Of a stretch of 64,000 bases of DNA, positions 42,798 through 53,959 are shown piece by piece. Source of the DNA: Escherichia phage vB_EcoM_G2133; the sequence record MK327928.1, one strand, 5' to 3'. A model generated the notes under the pieces. It ran no database searches and was not told the DNA's origin. It worked only from the letters and a program-made list of their open reading frames with translations. Position numbers and translations under genes: made by a program. Position 1 is the first letter of the stretch. Every line of letters begins with the position of its first letter.

Positions 42798-43976
42798 TTA
42801 AAAGTATTTTTTAAAACTCATCATAACTTTATCATCAACATCATTATCAATCTGTGCAACAAGGTAAGATGACAATTCTACTTCTTGTGGCGCAGATTGA
42901 ACATTATCAGAATTAAGATATTCACGAATCCAAGGATATGGATGTTTAACCGGAGCATCGGTAATTGGGCATGGAAGACCACACTGCTTCATACGAGATA
43001 CAGTTAAGTAATCAATAAAGCTCCACATGCTATTTGTATTTAATCCAGGAACATCTCCATCTTTAAATAAATGAACTGCCCAATCTTTTTCTTGGCGGTT
43101 AACTTCCATGAAAATATCAACTGCTTCTTGTTCACACTCTTGAGCAATTTTAACCCATTCATCGCCATCAGTGCCAAGTTGAAGTTGACGAATAATATAT
43201 TGGGTGCCTTTAAGATGAAGCTGCTCATCACGCGCAATGAACTTCATAATCTTGGCATTACCTTCCATGATTTCCATGTTCTTATGGAAGTTAAAAGTGC
43301 ATGCGAAAGATACATAAAAACGAATAGCTTCTAAGGCATTAATAACGTGCAAACAGAGGTAAAGAGATTTCATTAAAGCACGTTTAGCTTCGGCTTCTTG
43401 TTTAATAGCTCGGTTTAAACGAAAGTCGGCATCAGGAGATTCTTTAGATAGTTCTACAAATTCTTTAGCATTTTCCCATTCACGAGTTTTAATCAGAACA
43501 TCATCATAATAACGTCCAATGGATTCAGCACGTTTCATAATAGCTTCATCTAATACAATCTCATCAAATACCTTCGATGGATCAGTATAAAGATTTCGCA
43601 TGATATGTGTATATGAACGACTGTGAATAGTTTCACTAAAAGTCCATGTAGCAACCCACGTATCAAGGCTTGGGTCTGAAATTAATGACATAAGTACAGC
43701 AGACGGCGCACGACCCTGAATGCTATCCAAAAGTGATTGATACTTCAAGTTGTTAGTAAAAATATTTTGCTGATACTGAGGAAGCTTATTAAACTGTGCA
43801 GCATCCATCATTAAGTTTACTTCTTCCGGGCGCCAGAAAAATGATAAGGACTTCTCTGTAAGTTCTTCAAATACTCGATGCCGTTGAATATCATAACGCG
43901 CAATACCAAGACCTGAACCAAAAAACATAGGTTCTTTTAAAACATCAACTGGGTTTGTATTAAAAACTGTGCTCAT
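42798..43976 (-). CDS. nrdB: aerobic ribonucleotide reductase small subunit, uninterrupted
   Basis: 392 aa continuous ORF with ferritin-like diiron ligands; no intron. Confidence 0.93.
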   Translation of the reverse strand: MSTVFNTNPVDVLKEPMFFGSGLGIARYDIQRHRVFEELTEKSLSFFWRPEEVNLMMDAAQFNKLPQYQQNIFTNNLKYQSLLDSIQGRAPSAVLMSLISDPSLDTWVATWTFSETIHSRSYTHIMRNLYTDPSKVFDEIVLDEAIMKRAESIGRYYDDVLIKTREWENAKEFVELSKESPDADFRLNRAIKQEAEAKRALMKSLYLCLHVINALEAIRFYVSFACTFNFHKNMEIMEGNAKIMKFIARDEQLHLKGTQYIIRQLQLGTDGDEWVKIAQECEQEAVDIFMEVNRQEKDWAVHLFKDGDVPGLNTNSMWSFIDYLTVSRMKQCGLPCPITDAPVKHPYPWIREYLNSDNVQSAPQEVELSSYLVAQIDNDVDDKVMMSFKKYF

Positions 43977-44027
43977 AAATTTTCCACTTAGTTAATAGTT
44001 GGTGACTCGTCCGTGAGTCAAATTATA

Positions 44028-46292
44028 TCATAATTTACAGGATGAACAATCTTCAGCTTTTGGAGTTTCTATTTCATAATCATCAGTACCGGAACCATCA
44101 CGAGTATTATGATAATAGAAGTTTTTAATGCCATAATACCATCCGTATAGCATGTCATCAATCATTATTGACATTGGAACCTTTCCTTTTGGAAAAATCT
44201 GCGGGTCATAGTATGTATTCGCTGAAGCTGATTGACATACCCATTTCAGCATAATAGCTACCTGCGTAAGATAAGGTTTATTACCTTTCTTAGCTAATTT
44301 CCATGTATAATCATAGAGGTCTATGTTATGCTCAATATTGGGCACGACTTGATTAAAGGAGCCCTCTTTTGATTCTTTAACAGAGACTGGTCCACGTGGA
44401 GGCTCGATACCGTTTGTACTGTTAGAAACTTGGGAAGATGACTCACATGGCATAAGTGCTGATAATGTGCTATTACGGATGCCAAAGAGCTTAAGGTCTT
44501 CCCGCAGCGACGACCAGTCACAAACGTATTTTGGAGCTGCGATTTGGTCAATCTTTTTATTGTACCAGTCGATAGGTAATTCGCCTCGAGACCAACGAGT
44601 GTCTGAATAATATTCGCAAGGTCCTTTTTCTTTGGCGAGCTTAATGGATGCTTTAATGAGTCCATACTGTAATCTCTCAAATAGTTCATGTGTTAAATCG
44701 TTAGCATCTTCATAAGAAGCAAAGTTACTTGCCAGCCAAGCCGCATAGTTGGTAACACCTACACCGAGGTTACGACGCTTTTTAGCTTTTTCTGCTTCAG
44801 GAACTGGATATCCTTGGTAATCCAAAAGATTATCAAGAGCACGAACTTGAACTTCTGCCAATTCATTAATTTTATCTTGGTCTTGCCAGTCAAAATTATC
44901 TAATACGAATGCAGAGAGAGTACACAATCCAATTTCGGCATCAGGACTATTCACATCATTTGTTGGAATAGCAATTTCACAACACAAGTTACTCTGACGA
45001 ATAGGTGCCTTTTCACGAATAAATGGAGTATAGTTATTCGTATTATCAATGAACTGCACATAAATCCTTGCTGTTCCTGAGCGTTCAGTCATGAGCAATT
45101 CAAACAGTTCACGGGCTTTAATACGCTTTTTACGAATATTAGGATCTTTTTCTGCTGCTTCGTATAATTCACGGAAACGGTCTTGGTCTTTAAAATAAGA
45201 ATAATAAAGTTCGCCACCCATTTCATGCGGACTGAACAAAGTAATGTAATCATTCTTTCCGAATCGTTCCATCATTAGGTCATTCAGTTGAACGCCATAA
45301 TCCATATGACGGATACGGTTTTCTTCTACGCCTTTGTTATTTTTCAAAACGAGAAGATTTTCAACTTCCAAATGCCAAATAGGATAATAAGCAGTAGCAG
45401 CGCCGCCACGAATTCCACCCTGTGAACATGATTTAACAGCAGTCTGAAAATGTTTCCAAAAAGGAATAACACCAGTATGGCGTACTTCACCCATGCCAAT
45501 CTTAGAACCTTCGGCACGAATCATACCAACGTTAATACCAATTCCAGCACGTTTAGAGATATATTCAACAATTGAAGCGGAAGCCTTATTGATAGACTTC
45601 AATGAATCACCTGCCTCAATAACAACACATGAACTAAACTGTCGAGTCGGAGTACGACAACCAGCCATAATAGGAGTTGGCAATGAAATCTGTCGAGTAG
45701 ATACTGCTTCATAAAAACGAATAACGTGTTTTAATCTATCAACAGGTTCATCTTGATGCAATGCCATTCCAATAGTCATAAATGCAAACTGTGGAGTTTC
45801 ATAAATTTGACCAGTGGTTTTATCTTTAACTAAATATTTTTCTTTTAATTGCATCGCCCCGGAATAAGTAAATTCCATATCCCGCTCGTGCTTAATTTTT
45901 GATTCTAAAAATGTAATTTCTTCTGCTGAATATTTTGACAATAATTCAGAGTCATATTTACCTGCATTTACACAGTAAGAAATATGGTCAATAAATGAAC
46001 GTGGTTCATACTGTCCATAAACATGCTTACGAAGAGCAAACATTAAACAGCGTGCAGCTACATATTGATAATCAGGCTCTTCAACCGAAATAGAATTCGC
46101 AGCGGCCTTAATGACAATAGTCTGAATATCATCAGTTGTCATTCCATCACGGAGATAAGATTTAATATTTTCATATAATTCATAAGGATCTACTGATGTT
46201 CCTTCAGCTGCCCAAGATAAAACTTTAATAATTTTTTGTGGGTCAAAGCTCTGAGAAACACCACTACTTTTGATAACATTAATTAATTGCAT
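44028..46292 (-). CDS. nrdA: aerobic ribonucleotide reductase large subunit
   Basis: 754 aa as in T4 NrdA; active-site region NLCCEIAIPT. Confidence 0.95.
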   Translation of the reverse strand: MQLINVIKSSGVSQSFDPQKIIKVLSWAAEGTSVDPYELYENIKSYLRDGMTTDDIQTIVIKAAANSISVEEPDYQYVAARCLMFALRKHVYGQYEPRSFIDHISYCVNAGKYDSELLSKYSAEEITFLESKIKHERDMEFTYSGAMQLKEKYLVKDKTTGQIYETPQFAFMTIGMALHQDEPVDRLKHVIRFYEAVSTRQISLPTPIMAGCRTPTRQFSSCVVIEAGDSLKSINKASASIVEYISKRAGIGINVGMIRAEGSKIGMGEVRHTGVIPFWKHFQTAVKSCSQGGIRGGAATAYYPIWHLEVENLLVLKNNKGVEENRIRHMDYGVQLNDLMMERFGKNDYITLFSPHEMGGELYYSYFKDQDRFRELYEAAEKDPNIRKKRIKARELFELLMTERSGTARIYVQFIDNTNNYTPFIREKAPIRQSNLCCEIAIPTNDVNSPDAEIGLCTLSAFVLDNFDWQDQDKINELAEVQVRALDNLLDYQGYPVPEAEKAKKRRNLGVGVTNYAAWLASNFASYEDANDLTHELFERLQYGLIKASIKLAKEKGPCEYYSDTRWSRGELPIDWYNKKIDQIAAPKYVCDWSSLREDLKLFGIRNSTLSALMPCESSSQVSNSTNGIEPPRGPVSVKESKEGSFNQVVPNIEHNIDLYDYTWKLAKKGNKPYLTQVAIMLKWVCQSASANTYYDPQIFPKGKVPMSIMIDDMLYGWYYGIKNFYYHNTRDGSGTDDYEIETPKAEDCSSCKL

Positions 46293-46609
46293 AAGTCCTC
46301 AACTTGAAAATCGTCTTTAAACAATCGGTTAACTATATGAGCTATTATATCACCATGACACGGCTTTGGTTTACATGTGCATCCTAGCCTCATTCCACGT
46401 AAAGGCTCTAAATGTGCTTTAGTTATTTCTCCGGATTTAATTCGACGTATAAAATCTTTTTTGAATAATTCAATGGCAGCCTCCCGGCTGCCAGCATCTT
46501 TACCGACGTAATTTCCCCAAAATGTACCGCGGTGAATATTAACATCAAAGTCGGATTTGTATTTATTCACTACCCGGCATAGACGGCCCACGCTGGAATA
46601 ATTCGTCAT
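46283..46609 (-). CDS. hypothetical protein with CxC...CHGD motif (position nrdA.1)
   Basis: 108 aa; [24 protein letters not shown]; N-terminal 47 nt overlap the upstream ORF, start uncertain. Confidence 0.5.
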
Positions 46610-46826
46610 ATTGTTTTTCCGTTAAAACAGTAATATCGTAGTAACAATCGGAAGAAGTTTTAACTGTGGAAATTTTATTGTCAAAATACTCACGAGTCAT
46701 TTTATGAGTATAGTATTTTTTACCATAAATGGTAATAGGCTGTTCTGGTCCTGGAACTTCTAACTCGCTTGGATTAGGAAGTGTAAAAAGAACAACACCA
46801 GAAGTATCTTTAAATCGTAAAATCAT
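46563..46826 (-). CDS. hypothetical protein (position nrdA.2)
   Basis: 87 aa; start immediately after td stop. Confidence 0.55.
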
Positions 46827-47134
46827 ATTGCCATTTTCCCTTTAATTGCTGGATGCGATTCATAATTTTCAAGGATAAAATCTTTCGGTTTCATGTATTC
46901 AGTTAACCAGTAAAGCTGTGTTTCGGTGTCACAATTTCCAAACTCTACAGGCCAATCAATTTTAAGTTCACACAGTTCTTTAGGCTCACGACGTAAAATT
47001 TCTTTACATTGCTCAGTATGATTCATATAGATATGAGTATTACCACCGGAAAATATCAAATCTCCCGGAATAAGATTACACATCTTAGCCACAATATGCG
47101 TCAAGGCAGCGTACGAGGCAATGTTGAATGGTAG
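46823..47134 (-). CDS. td: thymidylate synthase, exon 2
   Basis: continues exon 1 reading frame after the intron ([39 protein letters not shown]...); exons together give 286 aa. Confidence 0.9.
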
Positions 47135-48150
47135 CATTATGTTCAGATAAGGTCGTTAATCTTACCCCGGAATTATATCCAGCTACATGTCACCATGCAG
47201 AGCAGACTATATCTCCAACTTGTTAAAGCAAGTTGTCTATCGTTTCGAGTCACTTGACCCTACTCCCCAAAGGGATAGTCGTTAGGCATTTATGTAGAAC
47301 CAATTCCATTTATCAGATTTTACACGATAAGTAACTAATCCAGACGAAATTTTAAAATGTCTAGCTGCATCTGCTGCACATTCAAAAATAACCCCATCAC
47401 ATGAAATCTTTTTAATATTACTAGGCTTTTTACCTTTCATCTTTTCTGATATTTTAGATTTAGTTATGTCTGAATGCTTATGATTAAAGAATGAATTATT
47501 TTCACCTGAACGATTTCTGCATTTACTACAAGTATAAGCAGAAGTTTGTATGCGAACACCGCACTTACAAAACTTATGGGTTTCTGGATTCCAACGCCCA
47601 TTTTTACTTCCGGGTTTACTGTAAAGAGCTTTCCGACCATCAGGTCCAAGTTTAAGCATCTTAGCTTTAACAGTTTCAGAACGTTTCTTAATAATTTCTT
47701 CTTTTAATGGATGCGTAGAACATGTATCACCAAACGTTGCATCAGCAATATTGTATCCATTAATTTTAGAATTAAGCTCTTTAATCCAAAAATTTTCTCG
47801 TTCAATAATCAAATCTTTCTCATATGGAATTTCTTCCAAAATAGAACATTCAAACACATTACCATGTTTGTTAAAAGACCTCTGAAGTTTTATAGAAGAA
47901 TGGCATCCTTTTTCTAAATCTTTAAAATGCCTCTTCCATCTCTTTTCAAAATCTTTAGCACTTCCTACATATACTTTATTGTTTAAAGTATTTTTAATCT
48001 GATAAATTCCGCTTTTCATAAATACCTCTTTGAATATAGAAGTATTTATTAAAGGGCAGTCCTACAATTTAGCACGGGATTGTCTACTAGAGAGTTTCCC
48101 CGTTTAGATAGATTACAAGTATAAGTCACCTTATACTCAGGCCTCAATTA
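47135..48150 (-). mobile_element. group I self-splicing intron in td (1016 nt) carrying I-TevI
   Basis: 5' end UAAUUGAGGCCUGAGUAUAAGGUGACUUAUACUUGUAAUCUAUCUAAACGGGG and 3' end ...CUGAACAUAAUG match the T4 td intron as I recall it; in-frame stop right after exon 1. Confidence 0.9.
47282..48019 (-). CDS. I-TevI: intron-encoded GIY-YIG homing endonuclease I-TevI
   Basis: 245 aa; N-terminal GIY-YIG MKSGIYQIKNTLNNKVYVGSAKDFEKRWKRH; zinc finger CKCGVRIQTSAYTCSKC; inside td intron. Confidence 0.92.
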   Translation of the reverse strand: MKSGIYQIKNTLNNKVYVGSAKDFEKRWKRHFKDLEKGCHSSIKLQRSFNKHGNVFECSILEEIPYEKDLIIERENFWIKELNSKINGYNIADATFGDTCSTHPLKEEIIKKRSETVKAKMLKLGPDGRKALYSKPGSKNGRWNPETHKFCKCGVRIQTSAYTCSKCRNRSGENNSFFNHKHSDITKSKISEKMKGKKPSNIKKISCDGVIFECAADAARHFKISSGLVTYRVKSDKWNWFYINA

Positions 48151-49292
<1,142 letters not shown>

Positions 49293-49322
49293 TTAATTGA
49301 AAACGAATGCTTTTGGATAATT

Positions 49323-49586
49323 TCAATGACATATATTATTTTCCTTAAACAGACTTTTCACAATTTTCCAATCAGCTTTAAACTGTTCAACGTCAGAATG
49401 GTAAATCCAGAATCCTGCGCTTTCTCCATCCTCATAAAGAGGGCATCCATCACATTCATCTTCCCATCCCATATCACGCAAAAGACGTTCAGCTTTTTCA
49501 ACAAGTTCAGAATCTTTACCAATAATATTAAAATACCATTTACCTCTAACTTCTGAATCTTTGATACTCTGACGTTGTAATCTCAT
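49323..49586 (-). CDS. hypothetical protein (position frd.1)
   Basis: track start 49643 is TTG; ATG 49586 with AGGAG SD gives 87 aa with CDGC motif. Confidence 0.5.
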   Translation of the reverse strand: MRLQRQSIKDSEVRGKWYFNIIGKDSELVEKAERLLRDMGWEDECDGCPLYEDGESAGFWIYHSDVEQFKADWKIVKSLFKENNICH

Positions 49587-49611
49587 TTTATTCTCCTTAG
49601 TTGATAAGGCT

Positions 49612-49641
49612 ATAGTATCACTACCATAGCCTGTTGTAAAC
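49612..49641 (-). promoter_or_regulatory. T4 early-type promoter (-35 GTTTAC, 18 nt, -10 TACTAT)
   Basis: upstream of ATG 49586; overlaps a GGCTAT/ATAGCC inverted repeat. Confidence 0.4.
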
Positions 49642-49643
49642 AA

Positions 49644-49937
49644 TTATTTTTGAATTTTATCGAGCCACTTACCAAGCTTAATCATTTCTTTAGTAGCCTT
49701 TTCCATACTTCTGAACTTAACCAATAGAGGATAGGTATCGACACCCATAACTAAACTGGTTACAAGACTGTGTTCACCCACAAGCCATAACGAATACGTT
49801 TGAATATCGAGCCCGTAATTTCTGTCTTTGTGGACCCGTACACCTATCACTTCAAATTTCTCACTAGCTTTTTCTACCGCATCCAGGAAATCATCTTTAG
49901 TCATATTAGGCCTTAAAAGTTTTTCGCAAAAGTTCAA
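49644..49937 (-). CDS. hypothetical protein (position frd.2)
   Basis: 97 aa, ATG start. Confidence 0.55.
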   Translation of the reverse strand: MNFCEKLLRPNMTKDDFLDAVEKASEKFEVIGVRVHKDRNYGLDIQTYSLWLVGEHSLVTSLVMGVDTYPLLVKFRSMEKATKEMIKLGKWLDKIQK

Positions 49938-50271
49938 TGATTTCGTCTACATTGTTTTCATCTACAATGCAGTGAATTTTTGTTACGCCAGAAACCTTGT
50001 CTTTGACTTCATCTTCTTCAGAAGTCGGTTCTTTATACTCGCGAAAACAATGAAATTCGTCTTCACAAACGTTAAAGTAAAAATGCTTTCCATTTGCGCA
50101 TTCAATGTGTTTTATTACTCTAAATCCATCAACAAAGAAAGCTTCTTTAACTTCAAACCATCCGCCATTTTCTTGAATAATTTTAACTATTGCTGAATTA
50201 GAACGTGGACGATAATTAATAAATGTATCAATAAGTCTTGGAACAAGTTCATACTTTTTACCGATATACAT
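49906..50271 (-). CDS. hypothetical protein (position frd.3)
   Basis: 121 aa; Cys/His pattern C...H...C...HC. Confidence 0.55.
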   Translation of the reverse strand: MYIGKKYELVPRLIDTFINYRPRSNSAIVKIIQENGGWFEVKEAFFVDGFRVIKHIECANGKHFYFNVCEDEFHCFREYKEPTSEEDEVKDKVSGVTKIHCIVDENNVDEIIELLRKTFKA

Positions 50272-50316
50272 TTTCTTTTCCTCATTTTAATAGGGGCTAT
50301 TATAGCCCCTTGATAA

Positions 50317-50544
50317 TTACTGTTCAATAAATCCTGTGTAAAATTCTACATCTTCAGCATCCATACCGTCGCAGTATTCATTAACCATAAACTGTTTAAG
50401 ACGATTTAAAGGACCTTCAATAACAACTGAAACATTACAATTAGGATCATTTAGTGCGCTTATGATACTAAGTTCAGGATAACGATTACGAATAATTTCT
50501 TCAATATATTCAAAATCAACAACATCAATATCAATTTTAGCCAT
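50317..50544 (-). CDS. hypothetical small acidic protein
   Basis: 75 aa, ATG start, own early-type promoter (GTTTAC ~50612..50617 rc, -10 TACTAT). Confidence 0.55.
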   Translation of the reverse strand: MAKIDIDVVDFEYIEEIIRNRYPELSIISALNDPNCNVSVVIEGPLNRLKQFMVNEYCDGMDAEDVEFYTGFIEQ

Positions 50545-50640
50545 ATTATTTTCCTCTTTAATTATCAGCAGTATTGTCGATAGTTGTATAGTACCACATT
50601 ATGCTTTGGTTGTAAACCGTTTGTGAAAAAATTTTTGAAA

Positions 50641-50666
50641 TAAAAAAGGGGACCTCTAGGGTCCCC
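50641..50666 (-). terminator. rho-independent terminator after gene 32
   Basis: GGGGACC-ctaga-GGTCCCC hairpin followed by TTTTTT on minus strand, 22 nt after gene 32 stop. Confidence 0.75.
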
Positions 50667-50688
50667 AATTAATTAGTAATATAATCTA

Positions 50689-51594
50689 TTAAAGGTCATT
50701 CAAAAGGTCATCCAGGTCCGTGTCATCAGCACTAGATGAACTGCCAGAGCTTGAGCTCATAAAATCATCTTCAGTTTTTGTTTTGAAGTCATCAACATTG
50801 AATGCATCCAAATCATCAGCAACTTTATCAGCTTTCTTAGCAGCAGTCGCTGCGGCACCGCCCATCACAGCAGTTCCCATGACTTGACCGAATTTAGTGC
50901 TCAGTTCTTCAAACGATTTGAATTTATCTTTAGAAGTCATTTCAGAAAGGTCAACCATTTGTTCGAACAGTTCTTTCTGGAAAGATTTATCGTCAATGTT
51001 TGGAATCGCAGATTGATTCAGGAATTTAGATTCATCGTAGTTACTAAATCCAGAAACCTGTTTAACTTTCAGTACAAAGTTAGCACCTTCCCACGGACAA
51101 GTTACATCAACCGGAGTTTCACCCATTTCAACATCAACCGCAATCATTGCATTGATTTTATCCCAGATTTTCTTACCGAAACGGTATTTAAATACTTTAC
51201 CTTCGTTTTCTGGAGCAGCTGGGTCTTTTACAACAAGAATGTTAGCCCAGTAAGAAGTTTTACGTTTAACAAGACTGTACTCTTTATTGTCAGTGTTGTA
51301 CAGATCATTTTTACTGATGTATTGACATACTGGGCAAGAATCGTAATCACCGTGGGTAGATGAACATGTTTCAATATACCATTTGCCATTTTTCTTGAAA
51401 CCGTGATTTACAAGAATTGCAAATGGTGCTTGTTCATCATTTTTAGACGGAAGAAAACGAATTACTGCTTGACCGTTACCCGCATTATCGAGTTTCAGTT
51501 TCCACTCGCCTTTATCTTCAGAAGAAAAACCTTTATTGCCATTCAGTTTAGCCATTTGTGCAGCGAGTTCAGCAGTAGATTTACGTTTAAACAT
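50689..51594 (-). CDS. 32: single-stranded DNA-binding protein
   Basis: 301 aa as in T4 gp32; zinc site [14 protein letters not shown]; acidic Ser-rich C-terminal tail. Confidence 0.95.
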
Positions 51595-51660
51595 TTTTAT
51601 TTCCTTTTTAATTTAATTAACAGTTGGTGCTATGACGATGTATGACCTCATAGCTGGTCA
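51595..51660 (-). promoter_or_regulatory. gene 32 autoregulatory translational operator: AU-rich leader plus upstream pseudoknot
   Basis: mRNA-sense UGACCAGCUAUGAGGUCAUACAUCGUCAUAGCACCAACUG followed by UUAAUUAAAUUAAAAAGGAAAUAAAAAUG matches the T4 gene 32 leader as I recall it. Confidence 0.7.
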
Positions 51661-51677
51661 GTAAGATAATTATAATC

Positions 51678-51685
51678 TATTTATA
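51678..51685 (-). promoter_or_regulatory. late promoter box TATAAATA upstream of gene 32
   Basis: reverse complement of TATTTATA between gene 59 stop and gene 32 leader. Confidence 0.45.
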
Positions 51686-51693
51686 ATAAGCAA

Positions 51694-52347
51694 TTAATAC
51701 TTGCAAGATTTCACAGTTTCAATGAAAACACTTTTAGCTTTCTGTGAATCAATATTTAAAATTTTTCTATAAGCCTTTAACTTTATAGAATAATTATTCC
51801 AGACTAAATTATCAGTCTGTTCATCATGTTTATCAATTATATTTAAAAATGAATCAAGCAAGATAAACGTCTCAAACGAAATTATGTTCGATTGCAGAAG
51901 TTTAAAAATATAACTTGACTGAACCTTTGGATTATATTCAAAGATTTCTTTAAAAGCAGAAACTTCAACTTTTTTACTAAAATAATAAATGTTGCGAATA
52001 TCTTCTTCAAACTTAAATTTAATTTGCTTTAAGCGTCCGATATATTCACGATAAAACACAAGTGCATCAGCGTCAGAGATGTCACCAATCCAGGCATCTT
52101 GGTTAGCAACCAAATTGCTTATAAAGATTAAAGCAAGTTCCTTTAATTTATATTTTTCTGATAACTTCTGGAAAAAATACTTATCCCTTCGCTTTTGATA
52201 AGCGGCATCAGACACCCGCATGCACCAATTATACTTAATTACATCATACTTTCCATTCATATGTTGTTTTATCATTAAGTATAATTTATAAACTGATTTA
52301 CCATCAATATATCTTTCACCACCAGCAGGCATGCGGAGTTTAATCAT
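51694..52347 (-). CDS. 59: helicase loader for gp41
   Basis: 217 aa as in T4 gp59; synteny upstream of 32. Confidence 0.9.
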   Translation of the reverse strand: MIKLRMPAGGERYIDGKSVYKLYLMIKQHMNGKYDVIKYNWCMRVSDAAYQKRRDKYFFQKLSEKYKLKELALIFISNLVANQDAWIGDISDADALVFYREYIGRLKQIKFKFEEDIRNIYYFSKKVEVSAFKEIFEYNPKVQSSYIFKLLQSNIISFETFILLDSFLNIIDKHDEQTDNLVWNNYSIKLKAYRKILNIDSQKAKSVFIETVKSCKY

Positions 52348-52682
52348 AGTAGAAAATCTAATGTATTAGTTTTTTCACAACGAACAACAGAAGGACGTAA
52401 AAGATTTTCGTCGATAGCTTCTGACTGAATTTTTTCAATTATACCCGAAGGAATAAATTTAGCAAATTGAGTTTCAGGAATAGAATTTTCTTCCAAGAAT
52501 GCTGTCGTAGCTTCAAGATAACTCATTCCAAACTCTTCTACCATTTTTTCAATAATAAATCCATTTTCTTGACGATCAAGAAGCTTTGCTATTTCATCCT
52601 TTTCTTTCTTAATTGAAAGTTCTTTTTCTGAAAGACCGGTCTCATCGACCGGACGAATATCATTTAGAGAAAACTGCGTCAT
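52344..52682 (-). CDS. 33: late-promoter transcription co-activator
   Basis: track ORF to 52691; Met4 start gives 112 aa MTQFSLNDIRPVDETGLSEKEL. Confidence 0.85.
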   Translation of the reverse strand: MTQFSLNDIRPVDETGLSEKELSIKKEKDEIAKLLDRQENGFIIEKMVEEFGMSYLEATTAFLEENSIPETQFAKFIPSGIIEKIQSEAIDENLLRPSVVRCEKTNTLDFLL

Positions 52683-52929
52683 AAAGTTCAACTACCTCTT
52701 CAGTTTCAGCTTCAAACACATCACGGTTATCTTTATGATACAAAGCTAATAGACGATTAAACATCTTACCATCAACGCCAAGTTCATCTTTGGCACGAAT
52801 TCGAATATCTTTAATCAGTTCATTATAACCGGAAATTTTCAGTTTATGATCAGATGCTTCTTTAATAAATTTAGCCAAGTCTTCGCCATGGATAGCTTCA
52901 TCAAATTCAACCATTTCTTTTTTAGCCAT
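52660..52929 (-). CDS. dsbA: double-stranded DNA-binding protein
   Basis: 89 aa; overlaps gene 33 start by 23 nt; synteny. Confidence 0.75.
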   Translation of the reverse strand: MAKKEMVEFDEAIHGEDLAKFIKEASDHKLKISGYNELIKDIRIRAKDELGVDGKMFNRLLALYHKDNRDVFEAETEEVVELYDAVFSK

Positions 52930-52937
52930 TATTCACC

Positions 52938-53855
52938 TCAAAATTCATTAATGCTATTAGTTAATTTAGAAAGACCCGCTTTTACAAAATATGAATAAAT
53001 TTTGCCACGCGGTGGTAATTTATATGAATTATAGTAATTCACAATGTTTGAAGCAATATTATCAGGAATATAATCAAAATCAATTAGAACTAAATTTTCT
53101 TTATAACGATTATATTCAGATTCAGTGAGAAGCACCTTAGCTTGCTCACGGTCATTAGCAATAGCTTCAACGATTGAAGTTTTCATTGAAGGAGTTCGTT
53201 CACCTTCAACTCTAGTAAACCAAAAGTCAGATCGTACTTTAACTGAAGCAACGTTATCCTTTTTGTCGCCTTTAAGGATTTTAGTCATACAGTCAATTTC
53301 AGCAGAACCGCTTTTAATTTTAACCCATTTCTTATGCATCGGTGACCATTGCTTAACATTTGGATATTTGTGAAGCTGTGTAAAGTCACCATCCGATGAA
53401 ATGATTAAAATCTTATGTCCTTCTAAAGAGAACTTTTTAACAAGAACAGCAATGTGGTCATCTGCTTCATACTTATCAATATCCATAACAATGTATGGCA
53501 TATAAGCTTTCAATTCATCTATAACTTTATGACTGGATTCAAAATAACCTTCCCAGTCCCAAGTAGATTCTTCTCGTGCTTTTCCGCGGTTTTTCTTGTA
53601 ATAGTAAGCAAAATCACGACGCCAATATCCAGATTTCGCATTATCAATACACAGTACAATTTTAGTGTATCCAAGCGTTTTTGCTTTTTTGACATTAAAC
53701 TTAATTGAGTTCAATATCAAATGACGAACCATTGATAAATTAATTTTTTCTTTATCTGGGAAGTTTACCAAAGCAGTTGAAAGCGCAATTTGACTAAAGT
53801 CAATAAAGCAAATTCCTTCTTTGTAATCTTCATCCAACATCATTTCTAAATCCAT
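52938..53855 (-). CDS. rnh: RNase H / 5'-3' exonuclease (FEN family)
   Basis: track ORF to 53870; Met6 start gives 305 aa MDLEMMLDEDYKEGICFIDFSQIALS; acidic clusters typical of FEN nucleases. Confidence 0.9.
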   Translation of the reverse strand: MDLEMMLDEDYKEGICFIDFSQIALSTALVNFPDKEKINLSMVRHLILNSIKFNVKKAKTLGYTKIVLCIDNAKSGYWRRDFAYYYKKNRGKAREESTWDWEGYFESSHKVIDELKAYMPYIVMDIDKYEADDHIAVLVKKFSLEGHKILIISSDGDFTQLHKYPNVKQWSPMHKKWVKIKSGSAEIDCMTKILKGDKKDNVASVKVRSDFWFTRVEGERTPSMKTSIVEAIANDREQAKVLLTESEYNRYKENLVLIDFDYIPDNIASNIVNYYNSYKLPPRGKIYSYFVKAGLSKLTNSINEF

Positions 53856-53917
53856 ATGAACCTCGTTCAATTAGTGAGATTTCTATTATATACCATCCAA
53901 ATCTTAAAGTAAACAAG

Positions 53918-53925
53918 TATAAATA
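53918..53925 (+). promoter_or_regulatory. late promoter box TATAAATA for gene 34
   Basis: exact TATAAATA 34 nt upstream of gene 34 ATG in the divergent rnh/34 intergenic region. Confidence 0.6.
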
Positions 53926-53959
53926 CTTATTATTGAAAACACAATAGGAGCCCGGGAGA

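Noticed and set aside
47135-47137. Met start of the 104-aa ORF track entry 46823..47137 (td exon 2)
   Set aside because: The ATG is the last three nucleotides of the intron (…CAUAAUG); exon 2 begins at 47134 and is read in continuity with exon 1 after splicing.
50884-51363. 159-aa plus-strand ORF
   Set aside because: Entirely antisense to gene 32; Phe/Asn-rich composition typical of antisense of AT-rich coding sequence.
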